DNA of 64,000 bases. It comes from Clostridia bacterium. GTDB taxonomy: Bacteria > Bacillota > Clostridia > UMGS1883 > UMGS1540. Below the pieces are notes generated by a model. That model did not search any database, was not told where the DNA came from, and saw only the letters and a list, made by a program, of their open reading frames with translations. The stretch is taken from positions 18,100 to 82,099 of the forward strand of contig JAZSDN010000104.1 in the NCBI GenBank assembly GCA_045531205.1, given 5' to 3'. Shown here piece after piece: positions 43,024 through 53,136 of this stretch. Made by a program: the position numbers and the translations under genes. How positions within the stretch are numbered: position 1 is the first letter of the stretch; every line of letters starts with the position of its first letter.

Positions 43024-46000
43024 ATGAAAAAAAGATTTTTAGCCGTTTTATTGACACTTTGCTTGCTTATAACAAGCTTGCCCTTTGCAGCAATAGCTGC
43101 TGAAGGGGATAAAGACTTTATATTGAACGGCAGCTTTGAAGAAGTTAAATCAGACGGTAAAACACTTAGAGATTGGAGTGTTTTGGACTATAAAGATAAG
43201 TTTGTTGAAGCTTATGATGAAGAAGCGTATGAAGGGAAATATTCTGCGCGTCTTAATGGCGAAGGACAGGATAAGGTTCGTATTTACTTTAGCAAATTAA
43301 GAGATATGAAACCCGGAGGCAAATATACACTTTCATTCTTTGTAAATGCAAAGAATAAAAAAGGCGATCTTGTTTTAGACGTTACAGTTGCCGGAAAAAA
43401 CTATGCACAAAGCTACAAGCCAAAAGCTAACCGCTGGACTGAAATCACTCTTAACTTTACAGTACCTAAAACAGGAACGGCGGGTTCAATGTACATAGGT
43501 GCATATAACGGACTTGATGTTCTTGTTGACAAAGTAACAGTAATGGGACCTGTGCGTGGAGAAAACGACAACCCCGAAGTAGACGAAAACACTGTAACAC
43601 CCCCCGCAAGCACAGTAGAGGTTATTGCTGATACAGAAAAAAACAGCACACCTCCGAAATCCGTACCAAAGAGCGTTCCCGATTCCAATGCAATAGCAAG
43701 CGGCAGAAACCTTGTACAGAACGCCGATTTTGAAAATGATACAAACAATATTGGTCCCTGGAACTGGGAACCCTATTTTGCAGGCTGGGACCAGAATAAC
43801 CAGATGGTTGTTTATGATAAAACCTTTGGTCACGAAAGTGAGCGTTCAATTAAGCTCACTAACGGCAATCCCGCACAAAGACCCTGGGTCAGACAGGTAA
43901 TAGAAGTAAGTGCAGAAACTGAATACCAGGCAAGTATGTGGTACTACACAAACTTTACCGCCGAGGAAAGCGATGCAGATAAAAGAGGCAAAAGCAATAC
44001 TGTTATTATGGTTGAGTATTACACGGGCGAACCGGGCTCTGATACATATTTAGGTGTTGATGATTTATTTGCACTAAGTGGTACAGGCGGCAAGTGGATT
44101 CAGACTGCCGCAACATTTACCACACCTCCCAACACAAAGTATATTCGTTATTATGCACGCAGATACGGTGTCGGCACAGTTTGGGTTGACGATATGGCAC
44201 TTTACAGCACCACAAAGCCAAACCCCGTAGGTGTAAGTACCGACCAGATTTTCTATTATTCTGACCAGACCGCTGCAGGCGTTGCCACGGCGGAGCTTGA
44301 TTTACTCGCATTCCCCGAACTTGAAAACGCAAAAATTGACTTTGCATTGACACTTGATGGTAAAACTGTTGCAGAGCAGAAGGGCGTGCAGGCAAAAGGT
44401 TCTACTGCGACATGGTACTTTGACCTTTCCTGGATGACTAAAAAGCAAACAGAATACAGAATTGAAGCTACTGTAAACGGAAAAACTGATTTTGAAAGAG
44501 TATATAAATACGATCGTCCTACATATTTAGGAAAAGACGGAGTTTTCCGCAAAAACGGTCAGGCACTTATGCCGACTTATGCGTGGTACTATGTTGAAAG
44601 ACAGTACGGCTACGGAATGATAGACGCGCAGATAAATGTTGCCGAAGTAGGTATTCCTCGTTCGGAAAGTATGACTGACGCGCAAAAGATAGCCCAAATT
44701 ACAAAAACCCTGGATGACCTTTGGGCACGCGGTATGTACGGTCTTATCTTAACCTATAGTAATAGTAGGGGCGGTGGACATCCTGACCTCCGACACGATA
44801 CCGAGCTTATTTGTGCAGCAATTAAGGACCATCCCGCAGTTTATGCGTATATAAATAATGATGAGCCTTTTGCAAGAACAGGTAACCCGCATGATGAATT
44901 AAGAGAAACATATATTGCAATTCGTAATAATGACCCCAACCACCCCGTTATGTCAATGGAACAGGGTGCATACGGCGAAGCTGCAAAATTTGTAGATATT
45001 TTTGGTCATGACCCATACCCCGGCGATACTAGAGACCCACTTACCTACGTTGCTCAAAGAAGAAGCGATGCTGACGAGGCGACACAAGGTCTTAGACCTG
45101 TAAACTCGCTTTTACAGGTTATGAACTGGAGAGGATACTTCCCCACAGGCGACGACCTTCGTAGTATGATTTATCAAACATTCTTAGAGGGTGGCGGCAG
45201 CTACGGTTTCTTTAAATTTATAAATGCAAGTGACGCTGGCGACGATCTTGACGAAACACACCTTTGGGAACCACTTACAGAATTTACTCATAATGAGCGT
45301 GAGGACGCTTTTAAAGCCTTCGTATTTGACGAATATCCCATTTTCAGCAATGTTAAAAAGGATAATTATTGGGCAGTATCCTATGTAAAGGGCAACCAGG
45401 TTAATATGGTAGTCTTAAACCGTAAAAAAGAAGATCAGCAACTTTCAATACCTCTTACAAGCTGCGGCGGTACACATACTATAACCGAATTTACAGGTAA
45501 AGCAGCATTTGGTGGTAAGGGAGAGGACGTTTCAGGAAGCGGCGTATTAAACATTACATTACCCGCAGGCGCAGCAGTTCTTTATGAAATTAAACCTACG
45601 AATGTAGGCGAAATTGCAGGCGTACCCGTTATGCGTTTCCGTGATTTGGATGGTTACGACTGGGCATTTAATTCCATTTTAAAAATGGATAATGCAGGAG
45701 TATTAGACTCTTTGGCATACCATTACTACCGTCCCGAAAAAAACATTACAAGAGGCGACTTTGCAATGTTCCTCATTCGTGCGTTAGGTCTTACAGCCGA
45801 AAATGCAACCTGCACATTTACTGATGTATTGCCTGCAGTTACCTATTCAAAAGAAGTTGCAATAGGTCAGGCGTTAGGAATACTTCTTGGCTCAGGTGAC
45901 GGAACCTTTAGACCCGAAGAACCCATTTCAAGACAGGACTTCATGGTAATCTGTGCAAGAGGTATGCGTTTAGTTTCCGAAAACGGACTTTCGGGCGGTG

Positions 46001-46182
46001 ACCTTTCAGCCTTCTCTGATGCTTCTTTGGTAGCAGATTATGCAGCACAAGATATAATGGCAATGGTAAATGCAGGCATAGTAAAGGGTAATGCCGACGG
46101 CACAATTAACCCCCTTGGCAATACAACAAGAGCAGAAGCAGCAGTTATTATGGATAGAATCAGTGCTTGGAAAGCACAGTAA
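43024..46182 (+). CDS. Large cell-surface protein: signal peptide, 2 CBM4_9-like modules, a conserved unassigned ~450-aa glycosidase-like core, and 3 C-terminal SLH domains
   Basis: The SLH repeats are clear (FTDVLPAVTYSKEVAIGQALGILLGSGDGTFRPEEPISRQDF; NADGTINPLGNTTRAEAAVIMDRI). The core is shared with the 46225 and 48942 genes (YKYDRPTYLGKDGVFR, HPDLRHD, NNDEP, RETYIAIRNNDPNHPV, MEQG, GHDPYP). The start is set at MKKRFLAVLL by analogy with the paralog. In-frame alternatives are 42997 and the longest ORF from 42847. Confidence 0.7.
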   Translation: MKKRFLAVLLTLCLLITSLPFAAIAAEGDKDFILNGSFEEVKSDGKTLRDWSVLDYKDKFVEAYDEEAYEGKYSARLNGEGQDKVRIYFSKLRDMKPGGKYTLSFFVNAKNKKGDLVLDVTVAGKNYAQSYKPKANRWTEITLNFTVPKTGTAGSMYIGAYNGLDVLVDKVTVMGPVRGENDNPEVDENTVTPPASTVEVIADTEKNSTPPKSVPKSVPDSNAIASGRNLVQNADFENDTNNIGPWNWEPYFAGWDQNNQMVVYDKTFGHESERSIKLTNGNPAQRPWVRQVIEVSAETEYQASMWYYTNFTAEESDADKRGKSNTVIMVEYYTGEPGSDTYLGVDDLFALSGTGGKWIQTAATFTTPPNTKYIRYYARRYGVGTVWVDDMALYSTTKPNPVGVSTDQIFYYSDQTAAGVATAELDLLAFPELENAKIDFALTLDGKTVAEQKGVQAKGSTATWYFDLSWMTKKQTEYRIEATVNGKTDFERVYKYDRPTYLGKDGVFRKNGQALMPTYAWYYVERQYGYGMIDAQINVAEVGIPRSESMTDAQKIAQITKTLDDLWARGMYGLILTYSNSRGGGHPDLRHDTELICAAIKDHPAVYAYINNDEPFARTGNPHDELRETYIAIRNNDPNHPVMSMEQGAYGEAAKFVDIFGHDPYPGDTRDPLTYVAQRRSDADEATQGLRPVNSLLQVMNWRGYFPTGDDLRSMIYQTFLEGGGSYGFFKFINASDAGDDLDETHLWEPLTEFTHNEREDAFKAFVFDEYPIFSNVKKDNYWAVSYVKGNQVNMVVLNRKKEDQQLSIPLTSCGGTHTITEFTGKAAFGGKGEDVSGSGVLNITLPAGAAVLYEIKPTNVGEIAGVPVMRFRDLDGYDWAFNSILKMDNAGVLDSLAYHYYRPEKNITRGDFAMFLIRALGLTAENATCTFTDVLPAVTYSKEVAIGQALGILLGSGDGTFRPEEPISRQDFMVICARGMRLVSENGLSGGDLSAFSDASLVADYAAQDIMAMVNAGIVKGNADGTINPLGNTTRAEAAVIMDRISAWKAQ

Positions 46183-46224
46183 GCATTATATATCCTATAA
46201 TGAACATAGAAGGGAGTTACATTT

Positions 46225-48852
46225 ATGAAAAGATTTTTAGCACTTTTAATGTCGGTATGCCTTATTATAACAGCACTGCCTATAATGGCATCGGCAGATT
46301 TTGTTGCAGATATTGAAAAGAATACATTGATACCGGACGGAACGCCTGAAAGCGTTCCCTCCGATGACGAAATTATTGGTGTATCAAACCTTTTGCAAAA
46401 CGGCGATTTTGAAAATGATACCAATAATATCGGCCCCTGGAACTGGACCGGCTTTGGCGGTGCATGGGGCCCGAACCAGATGGTTGTATACGAAACAAAT
46501 TTCGGTCACGAAAGCAGCCGAAGCGTAAAGCTTACAAATGGTGACCCGCTTGTAAGACCCTGGGTAATGCAGGCTATTGAAATTGACGCAGAAGCAGAAT
46601 ATCAGTTTGGTATGTGGATTTATACAAACTTCACAGCAGAGCAAAGCGATGGAGATAAAAGAGGTAAAGGAAACACAGCCCTTTTGATTGAATTTTATAG
46701 CGGCGTACCGGGATCAGATACTACAAATGGTTCTATTGACTTAATTGCTCCATCGGGAACAGGAGGTAAGTGGGTACATTTTACTCAAAGATTAGAAATA
46801 CCTGCCGGCACAAAATATGCCCGTGTTTATGCTCGTAGATACGGCGTAGGTACAGTTTGGGTAGATGATATGACTGTATATAACACAGTAAGACCAAACC
46901 CCATAACCGTAACACCTGACCAGACATTCTATTATTCTGACCAGACAACACCCGCTTACGCAGAAGCTGAAGTTAACTTAAAAGCATACCCCGAACTTGA
47001 AGGTACAAAGCTTGATATGGCTTTAACACTTAACGGAAAGGTTATTGAAGAACAAAAGGATATCCAGACCGACGAAAACGGTATTGCAAAGTGGTATTTT
47101 GATGTATCCTGGATGAATCTTAAAAATACTGAATACCGCATTGAAGCAACTGTGGACGAATATACCAATTTTGACTATGTTTATAAATACGACCGTCCTA
47201 CCTACTTAGGAAAAGATGGTGTATTCCGTAAAAATGGCGTAGAGCTTATGCCAAGCTATGCTTGGTGGTATATGGAAAATCACTATAAAGCAGGTGCCAA
47301 GGAAGGCAAAATAACTATTGCCGAGGTCGGCATACCCCGTACAGGCTCCGACAGATCGAAGATAGCATCAATAAAGAAAACTCTTGATACGTTACAGAAA
47401 AAGGGAATGTACGCTCTTATACTGACCTATTCTGAAATGAAAGGTGGCGGACATCCAGACCTTCGTCACGATACCGAGCTTATTTGTGCAGCGATTAAAG
47501 ACCATCCCGCAGTTTTTGCGTATGTAAATAACGACGAACCCTTTGCAAGAAATGCAAACGCAGGGGATGAACTTAGAGAAACATATATTGCAATCCGTAA
47601 CAACGACCCTAACCACCCCGTTATGTCAATGGAACAGGGCTCATATAATAAGGCGGTAAGATATGTAGATATTTTTGGTATTGACCCATATCCTGCTGAC
47701 CTTAGAGATCCTCTTACCTTCGTTGCACAGAAAGTAAATGAGGCATTTAAAATACTGGATGGCAGAAAACCTGTGTATACTCTTTTACAGGCACTCGATT
47801 ACAGAGGATACTGGCCATCAAACGACGAAATGCGTAGTATGATATATCAGTCGTTCCTTTCAGGTGGCGGTGGTGTTGGTTACTTTAGATTTTATCAGGC
47901 GCAAGGTAAGATTGACTTACACCAGACTGACCTTTGGCCCGCAATTTCGGGTTGGGCTCAAAACGAGTTTGAAGATACCTACAATGCATTTGTATTAGAT
48001 AAATATCCCATTTTCAGCGACGTAAAAGAAGATGATTACTGGGCAGTATCCTATGTAAAGGAAAACAAAATACAAATGGTAGTCTTAAACCGTAAAAAAG
48101 AAGACCAGGAAATAGAAATACCTCTTACAAGCTTAAATGGCACAAATCAAATAACCGCATTCACAGGAAAACTCCTTTATGGTGCTGAGGAAGCAACCGT
48201 TTCAGGTAACGAAGTTTTAAAGATTACTCTTCCCGGCAGTGCAGCACTTCTTTACGAAATCGTTCCTAAAAACGCTGCAGAAATCAGCGGAGTAGAAGTA
48301 ATGCGTTTCCGTGATTTAACAAAGTACGGATGGGCTTATGATTCCATTTTAAGAATGGATAAAGCAGGTGTTTTAGACTCAAACGCTTACCATTACTACC
48401 ATCCTGAAAGAAATATTACAAGAGGCGACTTTGCAATGTTCCTCGTTCGTGCATTAGGTCTTAAGGCTGACAATGCAACCTGCACATTCACAGATGTATT
48501 ACCTAACGTTACCTATGCAAAGGAAGTTGCAATAGGTCAGACTTTGGGAATACTCAAAGGCTCAGGTGACGGAACTTTCAGACCCGAAGAACCCATTTCA
48601 AGACAGGACTTTATGGTAATTTGTGCAAGAGGTATGCGTTTAGTTTCCGAAAACGGACTTTCGGGCGGCGACCTTTCGGCATTCTCTGATGCCGCTTTGG
48701 TAGCAGATTATGCAGCAGAGGACATAATGGCAATGGTAAATGCAGGCATAGTAAAGGGTAATGCCGATGGCACAATTAACCCTCTTGGCAACGCAACAAG
48801 AGCCGAAGCCGCAGTTATTATGGACAGAATAACTGCTTGGAAGGCACAATAA
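46225..48852 (+). CDS. Cell-surface paralog: signal peptide, 1 CBM4_9-like module, the same conserved core, and 3 C-terminal SLH domains
   Basis: Collinear with the 43024 gene from its second CBM onward. The C-terminal ~600 nt are about 90% identical to the 43024 gene at the nucleotide level. Confidence 0.75.
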   Translation: MKRFLALLMSVCLIITALPIMASADFVADIEKNTLIPDGTPESVPSDDEIIGVSNLLQNGDFENDTNNIGPWNWTGFGGAWGPNQMVVYETNFGHESSRSVKLTNGDPLVRPWVMQAIEIDAEAEYQFGMWIYTNFTAEQSDGDKRGKGNTALLIEFYSGVPGSDTTNGSIDLIAPSGTGGKWVHFTQRLEIPAGTKYARVYARRYGVGTVWVDDMTVYNTVRPNPITVTPDQTFYYSDQTTPAYAEAEVNLKAYPELEGTKLDMALTLNGKVIEEQKDIQTDENGIAKWYFDVSWMNLKNTEYRIEATVDEYTNFDYVYKYDRPTYLGKDGVFRKNGVELMPSYAWWYMENHYKAGAKEGKITIAEVGIPRTGSDRSKIASIKKTLDTLQKKGMYALILTYSEMKGGGHPDLRHDTELICAAIKDHPAVFAYVNNDEPFARNANAGDELRETYIAIRNNDPNHPVMSMEQGSYNKAVRYVDIFGIDPYPADLRDPLTFVAQKVNEAFKILDGRKPVYTLLQALDYRGYWPSNDEMRSMIYQSFLSGGGGVGYFRFYQAQGKIDLHQTDLWPAISGWAQNEFEDTYNAFVLDKYPIFSDVKEDDYWAVSYVKENKIQMVVLNRKKEDQEIEIPLTSLNGTNQITAFTGKLLYGAEEATVSGNEVLKITLPGSAALLYEIVPKNAAEISGVEVMRFRDLTKYGWAYDSILRMDKAGVLDSNAYHYYHPERNITRGDFAMFLVRALGLKADNATCTFTDVLPNVTYAKEVAIGQTLGILKGSGDGTFRPEEPISRQDFMVICARGMRLVSENGLSGGDLSAFSDAALVADYAAEDIMAMVNAGIVKGNADGTINPLGNATRAEAAVIMDRITAWKAQ

Positions 48853-48941
48853 AATAGAAAAGAACGGAAGTTTTTTCAATAGCGCAAAGGCTATTAACAG
48901 CCTTTGCACTGTACTTTTTGGAAGAAATGAGGGATTTTACA

Positions 48942-51900
48942 ATGAAAAAACGAATATTAGCATGGTTGCTTGTACTGGTGGTCTTATTTACTATGACACC
49001 ACTTGCAACAGCTGTGACAGCAGAAGACGAAATTGAACAAAATGCCGAGCTTCTTACAAACGGAGATTTTGAATCCGTAACAGCGGACGGAAAAACTCTT
49101 AACTACTGGAACCCATGGGTTACAACTGCTGATTATAGCGAATACACCATAGTAACAGATGATGTTTATGAGGGCAATTATGCCGTAAAAATGAAATATG
49201 ATTCTTCAACAGGCAAACTGAGAAATGCAATTACACGAACTGAATCAAATGTAGTGGTTGGAGGCCAAAGCTATACGTTTACAGCCTATGCAAAAGCGTG
49301 TGAAGCTGTAGGCAGTGTTTCGATAGAAATAAAGTTTGGAGGTTACGGCGAAGAAGCTATTGCGTATAACAACAATTCAACAGATTATGTTGTAGGACAA
49401 TATCAAAAGATTGAAAAAACCTTTTCCGTGCCCGCAGAAGTAACCAGCTTTTCGATTTATATTCGTGTTTATGGCGGAGAATTTATTTTTGATAATTTCT
49501 CCATAAAAGGTCCGAAGCGTATTATAGAGATTATTCAGCCCGATGAAGTAATTGCGCAGGACACAACACCGCCCCAAGGCACCGAACAGGAAGTGCAAAG
49601 CGAATTTATACCAAATAACAGTTTTGAAGCCACAAGCACATGGCTTGGGACTACATACCTTAAAAATTGGACTGCATTAAGCAATGCAAACGATTATGGT
49701 GAATACACTATATCGACAGATGCTAAAGACGGAGCAAAAGCTATCAAAATGGCGTTTGACTCTACAAAAGGAAAAATAAGAAACACTATTTATCAAAGAG
49801 TTGACATACCGCTTGTAGCGGGAGAAAGCTACACATTCACAGCCTATGTAAAGGGCTTGACATCGGAAGCTGCTGCTTCTGTTCAAATAGAACAGGGTTC
49901 ATTTTTACAAGTAGTGTCTTATAATAATACACAGGAAAACTATGCACAGGGAGAGTATGTAACGCTTGAACATACCTTTACAGCACCCGAGGGAATAACA
50001 AGCTTTAATGTGTTCATCCGTATTACAAGCGGAGAATTTATTTGGGACAAGGTATCAATTGTTGGTGCAAGGATGATGACTGCGGTTGAAAGCGTACCAA
50101 ACGCTGACTATATATCCGGATTACCCAATATCCTTATAGACTCATCCTTTGAAGAAAAGATAACAGGACGAAATGCCACAGGTGGATGGGGAACTACAAC
50201 ACAGTTTGTTAATAATTTTGGACATAACAGTGCTACCTGTGCGAGAATAGTGAACACAACAGAAAATACAAGAAATTATTTAGCCCAAAGGCTTACACTT
50301 CATGGCGGTTGTGTATATCAGGTAAGCTTGTGGATTTGCATGGAAAAGCCAAGCGACACTAAATATTCAGCAGCCAAAAATGGTTCAATGGCTGTAGACT
50401 ATATAACTTATGGTTTAGACGGTTCTGTTATAAAAGACCAAAGCCAAAGTCTTGGAGTAACTGGAACTGATGGAAAGTGGAAACAGTGTGTATTTCAGAT
50501 AACACCCACTGATGGAACTGCTGCAGCAATGATTATGCCTCGACTAACCGGACGCGGAACTGCATGGGTAGATGATGTTGAGGTAAGCCTTGTTTCAAAC
50601 GAAAATGCGTGGGCAGTTTCGGTTGAAACAGATGAAGTATTCTATTACAGCGACAGAGAAGAAGCAGGCACAGCAACAGTCGCTATTAATGTAGGTGCTC
50701 ATCCTGAACTTGTTGGAGAGGACATCACATTTACTCTGCTTCGAAATGGCGCTACACTTGGCACTAACACAATGAAATGTGAAAGTGGTAAAAATTACTA
50801 TAATAGCAGCTTTGATTTAAGCCTTTTATCAGAAAAAAAGGCAGAGTATATTATGAAAGTCGAGATAGGGGAATATACAGCCGAAACAAAGCTCTATAAA
50901 TATGACAGACCGCTTTATATCGGTAAAGACGGAGTATTCCGCGATAAAAACGGTAAAGTATTCAAGCCCTTCTATGCGTATAATATGCTGGATGAGCATT
51001 TAGACTTCGCTGCAGAGGATGCAAACTTCAATTTACATATGATAGGCATACCTAGTGACAAAGATGGAGAAGAGCTTGTACAGTATATGAGAAATGAGCT
51101 GGATGAGCTTCAGCAAAAAGGTTATATGGCGCTTGTACAAACCTATGGCTTATATGAGGGCTTAAACGTTCCTGGGGGACATCCTTCCCGTCGCGAAAGA
51201 ACAGCAACTGTGGTAGCAGGACTAAAAGACCATCCCGCACTTTTTGGCTATATGAATATGGATGAACCCATGACACAAAGCAGAGATTTGCGTGATGACT
51301 TAAGAGAAACATATATTGCAATCAGAAATAACGACCCATACCATCCAGTATGCACAACAGAACAGGGTAGTTATGATAAGTCAGTAAAATATGTAGATGT
51401 ATTGGGAATTGACCCTTATGTCGGAACCAATGTTCCATATACGTATGTAGGCAACAAAGTAACAGAGGCCGTAGCTGCAACAAAGGGTGAAAAACCTGTT
51501 TATGCAGTTTTGCAGGCGTTTGAATGGCGTAGTTACTGGCCATCCCGTAATGATTTGAGGGATATGATTTATCAGGCCATAATGGCCGGTGCATCAGGAA
51601 TAGGTTTTTACAAATTTGTAGATGCAAAGGGTGAACTTGAACTACATGCAACAGACCTTTGGCCGGTAATATCAGATTTTGGACAAAATGAGTGGAATAC
51701 TGCTTATAAAGCATTTGTAAAAGGAGACTATCCGGAATTTAGCACTAAAAGAGAAACTAATTATTGGATGAACTCTTTTGTAAAAGAAAATAACAAGCTC
51801 ATTATGTATGTAGCAAACCGTACAAACGCTGTGCAGGAAATTACATTTACTCTTGTAAGTGATGACAATACAATGTCGATTGGTGCATACACCGTTGAAA

Positions 51901-53072
51901 GTAGTTCAAGTACACAAGCATTAACTTCGGGTAGCGGCACAATTACCATTTCATTACCCGCAAGCAGTGCTGAATTTTATGTAATAACTCCGCAGAACAG
52001 TTCAGACCTTCCTGACGTTGAGCTTCCTGATGAAGAATTAACCCTGGATTCGGTTATATCCCGAGGAAAATTTGCTTCTATGCTTATTGATACACTGAAC
52101 ATTCCTGCTGGTGACCCAAGCGATAATTTTGCCGATGTTGACGAGGGTAAAAGCTACGCATCACAGATTTCAGCAGGTAAAGCTCTGGGCATCTTGGTAG
52201 CTGACGAGAATGATTTATTTAATCCAAACGGAAAACAGACAATAGATGATGCACTTTTAATGTGCCTTCGCGGATTAAGATATAAGAAAGCTCCTTTGGT
52301 TTCGGCAGAAGATATGGCAGCCTTTACCGAGGATGATTTGTTTGGGCTTTCCCCAGCTCCTGTTTTAGCCGCAAGCATATTAGAAAACAGACAAGCAGCA
52401 CGAGGAGAAAACATTTCTCTTGATTCAAATAATATAACTCTGTATGAAGCAAATAAGCTTTTAGAAAAGGTAGGAGCATTATTGCTTGATGAAAGTACAG
52501 ATTTTTCAAATCTTTCTGCCAATGGTGCACGTCAGGCTACAAGGATTTTAAAGGGTGGTATTTCAAACGTTAATGATGTTTTTGTTAGTACAGAAGGCAC
52601 TATGACAATTGTGTATAATGCAGCAAAAACTCCATACGCATATTCAAAGAGTATTGGCTCTGAAACAGTAAGTATTGCAACAAATACTGCAGAAATAACA
52701 ATTGCAGACGGTATTTTATCCGCTTTAGTTGAACCAAATAAATTCTTTGTTATAGCTAATGCGTCGGCTGTTAGACGAGGCTTCCATTTAGGTCAGATGA
52801 TATATCCATATCCTGTAGAGGGAAGCCGGGCACAGATGGAACCTGATGCATTTCTCGGAATATATGATGTTTCTGGAGAGTTTAAAGAATTGCTTGGAAC
52901 CTTCAAAAACGGAGATATAATGCCACAAACAACAAAAGACTTTAAGTTTTTGAAGTGGGATGAAAATTTGAATCCCAAAAGTGACATTCTTTTAGAACTT
53001 ACAATACTCAGAGCTTCTGAAGATTCTATGTCAAATATTATTCAGGGCATAGGGGATGGGCTTGAAAAATAA
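48942..53072 (+). CDS. Large cell-surface paralog (about 1376 aa): signal peptide, 3 CBM-like modules, the same conserved core, degenerate SLH-like repeats and an extra C-terminal region of unknown function
   Basis: It shares the core blocks (YKYDRPLYIGKDGVFR, HPSRRERT, MNMDEP, RETYIAIRNNDPYHPV, TEQG, GIDPY, FYKF). GAGGGA lies 7 nt upstream of the start at MKKRIL. The ORF-track start at 48918 is a TTG further upstream. Confidence 0.7.
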   Translation: MKKRILAWLLVLVVLFTMTPLATAVTAEDEIEQNAELLTNGDFESVTADGKTLNYWNPWVTTADYSEYTIVTDDVYEGNYAVKMKYDSSTGKLRNAITRTESNVVVGGQSYTFTAYAKACEAVGSVSIEIKFGGYGEEAIAYNNNSTDYVVGQYQKIEKTFSVPAEVTSFSIYIRVYGGEFIFDNFSIKGPKRIIEIIQPDEVIAQDTTPPQGTEQEVQSEFIPNNSFEATSTWLGTTYLKNWTALSNANDYGEYTISTDAKDGAKAIKMAFDSTKGKIRNTIYQRVDIPLVAGESYTFTAYVKGLTSEAAASVQIEQGSFLQVVSYNNTQENYAQGEYVTLEHTFTAPEGITSFNVFIRITSGEFIWDKVSIVGARMMTAVESVPNADYISGLPNILIDSSFEEKITGRNATGGWGTTTQFVNNFGHNSATCARIVNTTENTRNYLAQRLTLHGGCVYQVSLWICMEKPSDTKYSAAKNGSMAVDYITYGLDGSVIKDQSQSLGVTGTDGKWKQCVFQITPTDGTAAAMIMPRLTGRGTAWVDDVEVSLVSNENAWAVSVETDEVFYYSDREEAGTATVAINVGAHPELVGEDITFTLLRNGATLGTNTMKCESGKNYYNSSFDLSLLSEKKAEYIMKVEIGEYTAETKLYKYDRPLYIGKDGVFRDKNGKVFKPFYAYNMLDEHLDFAAEDANFNLHMIGIPSDKDGEELVQYMRNELDELQQKGYMALVQTYGLYEGLNVPGGHPSRRERTATVVAGLKDHPALFGYMNMDEPMTQSRDLRDDLRETYIAIRNNDPYHPVCTTEQGSYDKSVKYVDVLGIDPYVGTNVPYTYVGNKVTEAVAATKGEKPVYAVLQAFEWRSYWPSRNDLRDMIYQAIMAGASGIGFYKFVDAKGELELHATDLWPVISDFGQNEWNTAYKAFVKGDYPEFSTKRETNYWMNSFVKENNKLIMYVANRTNAVQEITFTLVSDDNTMSIGAYTVESSSSTQALTSGSGTITISLPASSAEFYVITPQNSSDLPDVELPDEELTLDSVISRGKFASMLIDTLNIPAGDPSDNFADVDEGKSYASQISAGKALGILVADENDLFNPNGKQTIDDALLMCLRGLRYKKAPLVSAEDMAAFTEDDLFGLSPAPVLAASILENRQAARGENISLDSNNITLYEANKLLEKVGALLLDESTDFSNLSANGARQATRILKGGISNVNDVFVSTEGTMTIVYNAAKTPYAYSKSIGSETVSIATNTAEITIADGILSALVEPNKFFVIANASAVRRGFHLGQMIYPYPVEGSRAQMEPDAFLGIYDVSGEFKELLGTFKNGDIMPQTTKDFKFLKWDENLNPKSDILLELTILRASEDSMSNIIQGIGDGLEK

Positions 53073-53136
53073 TCTGCCCAAACTTCAGAATGGAAAGAAA
53101 AGGTATAGTAAATAAAGTTAAAAGAGGTAGAAAGCA

